A stretch of DNA of 64,000 nucleotides. Source: Eukaryota sp. GEM-RC1. Its lineage: Eukaryota. The notes beneath the pieces were generated by a model, which worked only from the letters and a program-made list of their open reading frames with translations, ran no database searches and had not been told where the DNA came from. The stretch lies in contig JAUFOQ010000001.1 in the NCBI GenBank assembly GCA_040285855.1, forward strand, positions 1,922,001 through 1,986,000. The letters run 5' to 3'. The translations under genes and the position numbers were made by a program. How positions within the stretch are numbered: the first letter of the stretch is position 1; each line of letters opens with the position of its first letter. Below are positions 13,799 through 25,600 of this stretch, piece after piece.

Positions 13799-13847
13799 TA
13801 TTATAAAAATAAATTAATTGTATAGAAAAAATAAATATTTTTATTTA

Positions 13848-16800
13848 TTACTGGCCAATCTTTGTAAAAACTGCGTTATAATCTTGAACCGTAAAAGTAC
13901 GAACATATACATGATTATTATTAAGTGTAGTAATTTGATTGTTCATTTTCACTTCAATTTCATTTACTTTAGTTTTAAAAGTTTCATCTGTTAATTTACC
14001 TTGATAATAAAAGAATTGTCTAAATTGTCGAACACAATCATCTATATCAATACCAACCTTTGATTCTCTAATCTTGCTCATCAATTGACGCTTAACATCA
14101 GATACTGAAATAAAGGATGATTTAATATGTTCACTAACCAATTTCCTCATTTCAATAGGCAATGATTTGTATGGACCATATCCATCTAAATTCAAAATAT
14201 AGAGATCATTTACAATGTCGTTGGCACTTGTATTATTCATTAATCTCTCAACAGTTTTTGTATACTTTGTAGGTAATACAAATGTTGACATTGTACCATT
14301 AGCCTTATATGGCATATCTAATTGCAAACATCCAGTAATCTTGTTGATTACATATTGGACATGCATTAAATAGAATACACCAAAAGTTTGAATAATTTCA
14401 GCATTTAAAATCATTGTTTTTACTCGCTCATCACATAAATGAAGATTTCTCTCACATTTGGTATCAATACCATCTAATCCTTGCATCATTGACTTATACT
14501 TGTCCAATTCCTTGGCATCCATAAATCTATTGGGGAAAATTGTAATGTGGGTCCTTCTTGTACCACCATCAGTCAATTTATCAAATTTAGGAGGATTGTT
14601 TAATCCAATGAAAAGTTTACATCTAATCGACATTCTTCACCATCTCGTTTTAGTCCTCTTAATTGTCGTGAAATACCATTATCAGTATTTGCTTTAATCA
14701 AGTCTTCCTTGAATGGAGCTGGGGGTTCAGAAGCATAAACCGCTCTTACACCATTAATTAATTGTAAAAGTTTACCATCATGAGCATTAGCACCACCACC
14801 GGTATTTGTAGTCAATACAGAAGCATCTCCATTAATTCCATAATCTCCCATCATTAAACGGGAAGCATTTTGGCGAATAGTTTTACCATCACCACCATCT
14901 CCTAATTCCAACATTAATTTAGAATTTGAAATAGATGGCATAAATAACAAGGCAGCAGTCAAACAATTATTTGTCAATGCTTGTTCATCAAATGGATATT
15001 TACCAATAGTTAATTCATATGAAGGAGAAGTATGATCAGTCATGATTTCACTCAAAACTTTCACAACCTCCAACATTTTATCATGTTTTAAATTAGTAGA
15101 AAAGAATTCTTGATACAAATCAAATTGAGGGGTCTTGATCATATAATCTGGATATGAAAATCCTGCACTCTTTGTAACAATATAACGTTTAATAAATTCT
15201 TCATCTTGGGAAAATACAAACCGCTTATTCATATTGTGTTCATGTGGATTGATTAATAAATAACCATTTTGCAATCCAGTAATTGAACAATGTCCTTCAA
15301 CTGCTCGAGGATTTACATCATAAATAGTAATAGCTCGAGAATCATCATCACAAATCTTGTAAATAATTTGACATGTTAGGTTATTCAATATTCCATTCGA
15401 TTTTATAAGACTTAGTATTGTACCAAATGTCTTAGTTATTGAGGATTCTTTTTACCTTCAGTTTGGAAATCAAGTCTTTTTAAATGTTTGTAAATATCAG
15501 AAATCATTTTAATAAACTCACCATTATCATCCAGAAAATCATTCAAGATTCTAATCAATTGAGTAGGAGCTCTCATTTTTCATTCTTATTTAATGGAATT
15601 TGTTCACTTGAAAACCATTTATACTTTTCAATCTTTGAGAAATATGTATAGATTACAACATTACGATTTTCCTCACCGCACTTTCGATGTTTGATAGATT
15701 CGAAAAACGTTGGGTAATGTCTAATCATGAAATCAGCAATAGATGCCAAATTTCCATGCATCCAAGGAGTATGAAATTCCTTTACCATTTCCAAAAATTC
15801 TTCAGCCAATTGATCAAATTCAGTATATGACGGATCAAACTTTTTAATTAACGTGATTAAATTATAATAACCAGGTACAGTAATATCCGTAGACATTATC
15901 TTTTCATTCTGACATCATCAGGTGAATTTGAATCACATAGAATATTTTCCATCCATAGACCAAAACGATCATCTAATCCGTGATCAACCACGAATTTATG
16001 AATAGCTGTTCTAATTTTTAATTTGTTGTTATATTCTTGCTTAATTTCATTACGATACTTTGATAATTCAACGAATTGATTATAAATATTTCGATCATAA
16101 TTTTGAAGAATACTAAATTCACTTTGAACATCTTCTTCTTTTAATTCATCACCCTCAAATGGGGATAAATAATGAATATTTTGCCCAAATTGATTTACAA
16201 AGTTTTCTTTTAATTCATCAGCTCGAAGGAAAGTTCCGTCGATATAATTAAATTCTGTATAAAACTCAACAGGATTATCTTCATTTAAATTTAAAAAGTT
16301 TTTAATTTTGTAAACCTTTACAGGAAGATAGGGTTTTCGATCACCCATTCCTGGAGTAAATAGCCAAGAGAAGCATCCATCAGTTAATGGTTTTGCGTCA
16401 AATATTTCATTTAAATTATTTGATGGCAACATTTCCAATAATTCAGTGTCCATGTTAATCATGTACATGAATGCTTGATAAATCTTTTGTCTTGTTTCTT
16501 TACTAAAAAGTTTGTTTGACAAATGAATATGAATACCTCCTTTATAACCAGTGGTAACTTTTCGAATTTTTCAGGTAATGCAATGGTTAAATAAATAGGA
16601 TCTTGATTAAACAATAACTCTTCTTTTTAGTATTAAAGGTTGCTCTAATCGCGTGACTAGATATTTTTGTCCAATCAATACCATGAATTCACTAGAAGGC
16701 ATTTCATTCCAAATCAAATCGATATCAAAGTTTAATGATGAAAATTTAGCATTTGAAAAATTTAAAGGCCTATCTACATTGGATGTGATTATTTCATTAA

Positions 16801-16852
16801 ACAATCTATTACACTCATTTTTTTCATTAACATTTGTCGTTTGAAATGACAT
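13848..16852 (-). CDS. D5-like AEP primase / superfamily-3 helicase, split into at least 5 frames
   Basis: N-terminal LNFDIDL (DxD) and YKGGIHIH (about 16525-16545) primase motifs; Walker A LGDGGDGKT; Walker B-like RAVYASEP; motif C KLFIGLNNPP; arginine-finger DGGTRR. Confidence 0.85.
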
Positions 16853-16931
16853 GGCTTTTACTCCCTGTATTTATCATTTTTTTGATTTCTAATTTGGGTG
16901 GAAAAATCGAGTTTAAAAAAAATCATTTTTA

Positions 16932-17456
16932 TTAATCAATAATAAATATCATTTTCCAAAAGTTTTGAACCCATAATAATTGTTCAGTAAGTGTATCTGA
17001 CGGCACTTCAACAAATTTTAAATTAAACGCGACAAATGTTTCTTTAAATAACATGTCTACCAATTCCATCTCGGGAATATTTCGTTCTATAGGATGTTCA
17101 GTATCATTAAAATACACAAAAATTACATGTTGATACAAACCATCTCGTAAGTAGTTACCTATTGAATAACTATCATTTTTATACCCATAACACAATGAGT
17201 TTATGTAATATTCTAACAGTTCATTGGTTGCAATAAATAGGTTTTGATCAAACATTCGATCACGAAAATCTTCATTTACATGTTGTCCAAATAAATCAAT
17301 TAAATATTCAGGTGGATGAAACCCAGAAGATAATAACGCATTATATTCAAGACCTTCTCGGGTATTCATATTAGGATACACACACTTTTCATATTCCATC
17401 ATGTCAAAGATGGGTTGTTTTATACGAGTATCACCAACAAATACAACTATTGGCAT
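16932..17456 (-). CDS. Hypothetical viral protein
   Basis: 174-aa ORF with the promoter-like motif at 17473-17480. Confidence 0.6.
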   Translation of the reverse strand: MPIVVFVGDTRIKQPIFDMMEYEKCVYPNMNTREGLEYNALLSSGFHPPEYLIDLFGQHVNEDFRDRMFDQNLFIATNELLEYYINSLCYGYKNDSYSIGNYLRDGLYQHVIFVYFNDTEHPIERNIPEMELVDMLFKETFVAFNLKFVEVPSDTLTEQLLWVQNFWKMIFIID

Positions 17457-17517
17457 TGCTATTTTTTTTTAATCATTTTTCTTGTATTTAAAAAATAAAA
17501 GTTTATTATATTATTAA

Positions 17518-17884
17518 TTAGTCTTCTTCCATTTGGACAAAATCCTGTTCCATTGCCAAAGATTCTTCATCTTCTAATGCTGCATTAATTACATCTTGAC
17601 GTTGTAATTCTGATTGATAAATATTCCAAGTATCTAAACAAATTTGTGATGGTAAAAGGATTCTTCCAATGAGGTTCCATGTAAACGTCGTTTGATTCTG
17701 ATATTACTATCACCAAATGTATTAATTGCATCAGCAATACTATTTTCAGTAATTACTAAATTATTTTTTCTAAATCAGTAGCACATTGGGAAACAATACC
17801 ACTGACTTCAAATACTTTAGCAATTGGAATTGTGACAGTTTTTGAATTATCATGAATTTGAAATATCTCATCAGTATAATGCAT
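17518..17884 (-). CDS. Small hypothetical viral protein with acidic C-terminus, frameshifted (not in ORF track)
   Basis: ATG at 17884 (MHYTDEIFQI...) with the motif at 17903-17910; ends ...EQDFVQMEED in another frame. Confidence 0.45.
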
Positions 17885-17935
17885 TTTTTATAAACTAAAT
17901 AATCATTTTTTATTAAAGCAAAAAAATTCATTTTA

Positions 17936-19274
17936 TTATGTTCTACAAATAGGACATACTACTTTATTTCTTGATTTTGCATATCCCATTAAGCAATCTC
18001 TACAAATATTATGATTACATTTTAATGTAACTATATCAAGTTCTTCTGTATTGGATTTAGGACCATTAAATTCAACCATACATACAGGACATGATTCAAT
18101 TCCATAATAGAATTTATCAAATTCTGCATAATGTATTTGAAAGTTTATAGTAAGAAACGGAATAACATTTCTATTATGGTTAACAGCAAATTCTACAAAT
18201 GATATAGATGTTTGTAATGCACTTGAAAATTGTGGGAAAAACATATAAGATTGAGTAAATGCATATTTGCAAAACGATTCATTACTTATTAAAAATTTGG
18301 GAATAACTCCATTATTAACATGATAGTTAAATAATGCTTCCTCTCTATTCATTCCATCGCGAAATGGAATATCTATTACCTTTGATAATATAGTTCGATC
18401 TCTTTGGAATTTATCAATACAAATATCATAATTAATAGCATATGCACTAACCGCTGCTAATGCTAATTCGTAATTATCTTTTAATTGAGACTCCAAATAA
18501 ATATAAGGATATCTATTGATAAGTTTTAGAGATAAATCTAAATCATTATAACACTTATCAATTAATAAAGGTCCAAACTTGTCTACATCATGAATTGCAA
18601 ATTCCAATGCTTCAGGTTTTCTATTAAAAAGTAAAAGTCAACCAGTTAATACAATTTAAAGAAAGGATTGCATTCTTAAAATCAGTAATTGAATCTATAA
18701 TTCGATTAATTGAATCATCATTTAAGAATTTAAGGTTACAATAATCCAATATTTTAATATTGCCTTCTTTTATAATTCGTGTTATAAACCTCTCATTTGA
18801 ATATATTGATCGAACAAAAGGTTTGATACTATCGAACATTTCAAAATCAATAAAATCAGCAGCAAAATCATATAATTCTTCAGGAATCATATCAATAGCA
18901 ACTGGCTCTGTTTTCATTACAAACTCAATTATTTCTTTATTACATTTCAACTCTTTAGGAAGACCTTGATAATAATTCCAGTTATTTGTGATTGAAGCTT
19001 TTAATATTTTCATATTACCCTGAACCAATGTATCATCAATCTTTTTATAGTTATTTTCAATAGCATGAATTATGATTTCCTCATTATCTTTTAAATTACA
19101 AAATTCATAATTATCACAATCACATGATATTGCATGTTTAACAATATCGATATCGTTTTTACATTTATCAGGTAAAGTCCTAAAGATCTTAGGTTGTGTA
19201 GTTATCAATATTTTCACAAGCATTTGGTTATAAGTTTTTAACTCAGCAATTTCTTCAATTAAATGATCTGACAT
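17936..19274 (-). CDS. DUF4116-like helical repeats plus C-terminal RING finger (E3 ligase-like), one frameshift
   Basis: Repeats such as LPKELKCNKEIIEFVM and LKDNYELALAAV; RING CPVC...LKCNHNICRDC...CPICR. The two ORFs join at the T-run near 18627. Confidence 0.8.
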
Positions 19275-19330
19275 TTGAAATTAAAAAAAAATCATTTTTT
19301 TTTATTATTATTTAAAGTAAAAAATACTTT

Positions 19331-19570
19331 TTATTCACGATCTAAACACAATACGCAGATATTGTAAAATCCTTCACCAACTTGATAGTACATGTGAGAT
19401 GTTGTAGATTTACATTTCTTGCAAAACTTTAATTCTCGATGATAGGTTGGGTCATTTTTACGACGTTTTAGAATTTTGATATTTGGTTTAATATCACTGT
19501 GAATTAACCCTCTTAAAATAATTGGTCGATCGCTTTCCAAGACATTATCATTAATCACAATCTTTTCCAT
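19331..19570 (-). CDS. RPB9/TFIIS-like C-terminal Zn-ribbon protein
   Basis: NDPTYHR...CKKC...MYYQ...YNICVLC resembles the RPB9 pattern DPTLPR...CxxC...FFQ...YVCxxC. Confidence 0.6.
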   Translation of the reverse strand: MEKIVINDNVLESDRPIILRGLIHSDIKPNIKILKRRKNDPTYHRELKFCKKCKSTTSHMYYQVGEGFYNICVLCLDRE

Positions 19571-19585
19571 TTTATTGATTTTAAT

Positions 19586-20399
19586 TCATTTTTTATTAAA
19601 ATCACCACGAATTTTATTCCAATCAGTTGCGTCATTATTTACGATAAAATTCACAAACATATCAACATACTTTTCATGTAAATCATCAACATCAACAAAA
19701 CATGTTAATCCAATGGGGTGTATTCTATCAATTTGATCAATAATGAATGATGCTTTTAAAATGTGATATTCATTAGATTTAATTTTAAATTTAAATTGTG
19801 ATAGGAAATTTTGAAGAAACAATAAACAACGTTCAAAAACATCCAATCGTCTTCTCAATGCATTATCAATTAGATCCAACCTTGGTTTTAAATTAATATT
19901 AAATCCATCTTTGTCAACGTGTATAAAAAATTCAATTTCGCAATTTGGTCTAATATATTCTTGTAATGCATAACCGTGTTCATCTTCTAATATTAATAAA
20001 TCATCCTTGTTTACAAATTCAGGCGGATTGTATCCAGGCATTCTAGATTTCTTCAACCACATGTTTTCCTTTGCTTGGTTGAAATCTTGTAAAAATTTAA
20101 TCTTACTTGCACTTGGTTCTTTTATAAAAATGCGGGTGCCAAGAAAATATGATCAGGAATATTTCTTGAATTTATTTCATCGCACACTTGTTTCATAATC
20201 TTATAAACATTTTCCTTTTTAATGTTTTACAAATATTATGTATTTGGTTTACTTTTCCCTTTAGGCGTTGATGTTTTAAACCTAATTGGGTATTTTTGAA
20301 TATATAATCGGAATCTTCCCAATTATCACTATATTCTACATTTAATTTATCTAATGCTCTTTTATAAGCAGTATTGTGTTGCGATACATATACACGCAT
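19586..20399 (-). CDS. Tubulin-tyrosine-ligase (TTL/TTLL)-like ATP-grasp protein, two frameshifts
   Basis: Joined translation gives KVNQIHNICKTLKKE, FLAPAFFI, FLQDFNQAKENMWLKK, YALQEYIRP and YHILKASFIID, in the same order as the TTLL motifs. Confidence 0.55.
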
Positions 20400-20662
20400 T
20401 TTAAATAAAATAATAAGTTATTTTATAAAATTATTTCCATCACTGATATCTATAAAATCACTTATATCATCGGTAAAAGGTATACTGGTAGACTTTTCAT
20501 ATGTATAATATATTACATATAAAAAGATAATACCATAGCAAAGATTCCTATTGAGAAAACACGATCCATTTTATATATACAAAAAAAATATTTTAAGTAT
20601 AATATAGTAATGGATGTACGTTTTGATAATGTGAATTCAAAATTAACAGTATACACATTAAA

Positions 20663-21310
20663 ATGTTTTTGAATGAGGTATTGGAAATTTATAAAAAAGT
20701 TGGTCATTCTAGAGAATCTAAAATAAAAACTTGGATGGAAAGTAATGAGACTAAATTAGTAATGATCTTGGGACAATTATCATCTTTTGATGAAGAATAT
20801 TTATATCACGAAATCATGTTTATGTGTGGAAATGTTCATTTTAAAAATATGGTTTTGAGTGATGATGCACGGGCATTTCTGTATTCATTAGCAAAGACTC
20901 ATAAAAAAATACAACAAACTCGTTATGAAAAAATCGTGCAAAAAAAATATTATCGAGAATTAATTGGTTATGGTAAGGTTCCTGATTACTTGATTGAAAA
21001 ATTTCAAGGATTAGAATGTGACTATAACATTGATGCATATAAACAATTAAGATCTGAATTGCGAATGCATTTGACCTCACCATATTATAGATTCATTCCT
21101 TCTATAATTAGAACAATTACGGGAAATTATATTAATCCAGGAATTGGATCACAACGTGAATCAATAATTTTAGATTTAATGGAAGTAGAAATGTCGAGAG
21201 TTCGAAAAAATAAAAACATATTATATTCATTAATTGTTAAATTAGGAATGGAAGATAAAGTATATTTTAAACTATGTAATCTAATTGATAATGCAAAGGT
21301 CATATTTTAA
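20663..21310 (+). CDS. VLTF3-like (poxvirus A2 family) late transcription factor
   Basis: VPDYLIEKF...YYRFIPSIIRTITG...KNILYSLIVKLG resembles the NCLDV VLTF3 pattern IPxxxI...YYExIPxIxxxITG...YxLxxxLG. True start may be the ATG at 20610 with an indel. Confidence 0.65.
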   Translation: MFLNEVLEIYKKVGHSRESKIKTWMESNETKLVMILGQLSSFDEEYLYHEIMFMCGNVHFKNMVLSDDARAFLYSLAKTHKKIQQTRYEKIVQKKYYRELIGYGKVPDYLIEKFQGLECDYNIDAYKQLRSELRMHLTSPYYRFIPSIIRTITGNYINPGIGSQRESIILDLMEVEMSRVRKNKNILYSLIVKLGMEDKVYFKLCNLIDNAKVIF

Positions 21311-21710
21311 ATTAAGTGATTTAATTGATAATGCAAAGGTCATATTTTAAATTAAGTGATTTAATTGATAATACAAAGGTCATATTTTAAATTAAGTGAT
21401 TTAATTGATAATGCAAAGGTCATATTTTAAATTAAGTGATTTAATTAATAATATAAAGGTCATATTTTAAATTAAGTGATTTAATTAATAATATAAAGGT
21501 CATATTTTAAATTAAGTGATTTAATTAATAATATAAAGGTCATATTTTAAATTAAGTGATTTAATTAATAATATAAAGGTCATATTTTAAATTAAGTGAT
21601 TTAATTAATAATATAAAGGTCATATTTTAAATTAAGTGATTTAATTAATAATATAAAGGTCATATTTTAAATTAAGTGATTTAATTAATAATATAAAGGT
21701 CATATTTTAA
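21281..21710. repeat. 40-bp tandem repeat, 10 full units plus a 30-bp partial unit
   Basis: Unit TTAATT(G/A)ATAAT(G/A)(C/T)AAAGGTCATATTTTAAATTAAGTGAT starts every 40 nt from 21281; no spacers. Confidence 0.97.
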
Positions 21711-21750
21711 TAAAAAAAGAAACACATATAATCTATTTTTCATTTACTAA

Positions 21751-22590
21751 ATGTCTTTGTTGGATAATCGTGTTAGACACAATATGTTTTTGGAATATAA
21801 TAGAGTCCTAAATAAATTTAGTCGTTTAGGTTCTGATATTCAAACTAAAATACAAATTGTGCGTTTAATTTTAGCAAAGAATTTTAATGCAATCATGCCA
21901 TTGAAAAACTTTTTTTGATATTGAAAATCTATTATTGTTATTAAAACTAGGAAAAGGAGTTTTGAGTGAAACTCAGTTTAATAGATATAAAGACTATATC
22001 CCAGTTCCATATAATCATTATGTTCATTTAGTATCAGAAATGAAACAAAATGCAATGACAATCAATGGTTATAATGAAGATGATGTAATCTATGCATATT
22101 TGTATTATCAATTATGTGATGAAATCTATGATTTGAAATCAATGTTTTATGCATTGAATAATAACTCTTTAGATATTTTGGGTACATTTGGTTTGAGATA
22201 TTTGGCAAAAGTATGGATGGTAGAATTAATGATTTTATTGATGCATTAAAAACAATTAAACCGAAAGAACAACACTTGCCTCATATTTATGCTTTTGCAT
22301 CTGGTCCCTTCTTTGAATTAGAACATGCTAATCCATCTGATATAGATCTTTCTCGTGAAATTTACTTGGCCAATAAACAATTAGATATCACTCATTACAA
22401 GGTACAATTTACTTCACATATTAAAAATATTCCAATGATTAAAAAGAATACTGAAGCAATTGAAAGTATTAATGAAAAACTTGATCAAATTAATATTGAT
22501 GAACTTTCTGATTTGAAAACACAAATTGAATCTTTAAAGAGAATGGTTAGCGCTAATACAATGGCGATTAAAGCAATTAATAGTGAATAA
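21751..22590 (+). CDS. Hypothetical viral protein with coiled-coil C-terminus, frameshifted
   Basis: ATG at 21751 in a TAAATG context; continues through 21935-22249 and 22213-22590. Confidence 0.55.
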
Positions 22591-22613
22591 AAAATAAAAC
22601 TAAAATTTATTAA

Positions 22614-25600
22614 CTAATTTTTTTTAGCAACTTTAATTTTAGGTTCAGGTTCATCATTAACAGCTAATCGCTTTAATGATTTAGTAGTTACGTAATCTTT
22701 AATATCTTCATATTCTTCAATTACAATACCTAAATGATATAAGGCAGGATAAATCATTCTAACCAAATAAGGATTGATTGGAATCTCTCTGAGTTCATCT
22801 GCGAAAATTTCCTTTTTCCTTAATACAACTCTAGAAGTCTTTTCTCTATAACCACTAGAAAGATGATCCTTGGTTGAATGATATTTAATATCTTTACCAG
22901 CATCAATTGTATTATAATTTTGCGCCAAGGACGCACATCCAGCAGCAAAATGTTTTGAATAATCCATTGATCCCATAGATAAACCACCCATTTGTCTTTT
23001 ACCACCAGGAGTGGCATTCAAGTTATTATAAGGCATTGCGGGATTACGAGCATAGGCCTTTCTTACGGCAAAATGTTGTTGTGTTGTATATGGGACAGTC
23101 ATTACAACCAACTTTTCTAAAATTTCTGAGCCATCTTTACCAATAAAGCTCTTTAAATAATAATCTTCATGAATATTATCAATTAAATTATATGATTCAT
23201 CAACGAATAATCTCGTACCTTGATTTCCCAAGTATCGTTCTATAATACCAGATAATACATAACCCCAAGTTTCACGTTTCTTCATTGATTTGGGATTAAA
23301 TATAATATCAGCAACCCAACCACTTTTAGCAATTGGCATATTGTGATAATCTGTTACTATAGCAACAATTGATTTTTGGGCACCACTGGCAAACTTATCA
23401 CCAGGAGTTGGATAATGGAACGTGTGTAAAATAATTTCTTTACGTTGAGTCCCAATAACACGTTTTTTCCCAATAAAAGCAATTACTTGCATATCAGTAC
23501 CAGCCAAGTCATATTCATTATATTTAATATGACGTGCCTTACCATCAAAGGTATATGCTTCAAACAATTCACTATATTGTGTTATTTGAGTACCTAATGG
23601 TGGCATTCCATCCTTTTCGAAATAAACATTATCATTTACATGTTTACAATTTAATTCACTCATGTCACTCATATTAAATTCAATTGTATGTGTGGCAATT
23701 GTTGGTGTACAATCTCTAAATCTAGAAGATACTTGAATTGCATCTTCTTGAGATTCACCTTCATAATAATGAACAACATTTAAATGAATTCTATTTCTAT
23801 GAGCTTCAATAGGTCCTTTAATCATGTATTTTGAGTATTTCAATAGGGTAACTTCAATATTGGTTCCCTTGAATGTATGACTCTCAGATCCAGACTTATC
23901 AGATCCAGCATTTTTAGTTTGATTGGAATCATATGCTGCACGTACTCCCTTGACATGATGAATATATGGATAACCGCTACCGATAATACCATAATTATAT
24001 CCAGGTAAAGTCAAATGAGTTCTCTGAATAATTGGTCCATTATTAATCAACATTGACCATTTTCCCATACCATCGATCCATTCAATGAATCCTTTCTGTA
24101 TGAGATAATCCCATGTGATTAAATTTCCGTCATGTCTTATTTTATCTCTTAAACATTCCAACACACTTTTAAATTCATCAATCTTTCCTTCATCAAATAT
24201 TTCTTTAAATGGTACATAGGGTTGCATATGTCTGCCTCCATAAACCATAACATTTAAACGTGTATCAGTTAAAACAAATGTAACATCAATGGGTTCTTTT
24301 CCTTCACGTTTTGCCATCTTTTTAGAATATACATAATTATGTAATTCATCATCATTATAAACATACCCAATAGGTAAATTATCAACTAATACTTCATAGG
24401 GAACAATATTTGGATCATAATCTTCACTAAATGAGCCCAATGCTTTTAATTCATTAATATATTTAAGGTTGTCATTAGCCAATGATAGACGAACATAATT
24501 TGAAAATTGACAATGTTCTCCAATATTTTTATTTTCTGGTTGTTGAACACTACATCTAGTAGGATATTCACTTTGATGTGTTTGTTTAATTAACCATACT
24601 TTTTTAGATGCAGCACGATCAATGGTTCTAATAAGTGACATGTTTTGTTTAGAAATATTATCTCCCAAAGATTTATTTTCATAATTATCACAAACTTTAC
24701 CAACAGTAGATTCAGATGAATTTAATTCATTACGAATATAATTAGACATTTCTAAACCAACTCCATTAAAATTAATGCCTTTAAGTTCATTTTCAAAATT
24801 AGCAAAATCTGCATCATTACGTTCAAGGTATTTTTCAAAAACCTTTGTAATTTTTTTAGTTACTTTTTTTGGAATAATAGTCTTGTTAATAGAATCTAAA
24901 AAGTTTGCATAGGTTTTATACCTAATTAGAGTTTCATCTTTACGTACAGATTCTTTTGAGGGATCTAATAACAATAAAAGATTATCTCTAATAGTAATTC
25001 CTAATTTTCTAGCTTTTGCCTTTTTACTTACATTGATATTTAAAACAAATGTATCCATTAAATAAGCTGTTTGCTTAATAATTTCTTCATGAGTATGTGA
25101 TTCACGATAGCTTGGTAATAAAATCATTGTAGCAATTAAAAATAATACTTCTTCATGATTTGTTGGCCATTTATATTCTTTTACACGATTTTTCAAATAC
25201 CATGAATTATAATAAAAATTACGAATCAATTGACGAATTTCATGAGAATATGCTTCATTTAAAGGAGCAATAAAATCACAAATTTCTTCAAGGTTGAAAA
25301 ATCCTAAATACCAAAATAAACAAATAACAGGAATTCTATTATTTAGACGATTAACATCATCATCAAGTGTAGGATACATGAATTTGTTTTTAGATTGCAT
25401 TAAAAATAGACAATCTAGTCTACCCTTATCAGATAATGTTTGTATACGAAGTTCATAGATATTTGAGTATCTACCTTTACTTGCTAACAACATGTCAGAT
25501 CTTGGACCATTATCACGATTTGCTCTAATGGCATTATTTAATGGAAAATCATTACCCATCATTACAATCTTTGGAATTCCTTCAATGATCAAATAACCAC

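Noticed and set aside
16932..17456. Nucleoside/nucleotide kinase call
   Set aside because: The layout is suggestive, but there is no P-loop GK(S/T); left as hypothetical.
21281..21710. CRISPR array
   Set aside because: Units are head-to-tail with no unique spacers, and no cas-like gene is present.
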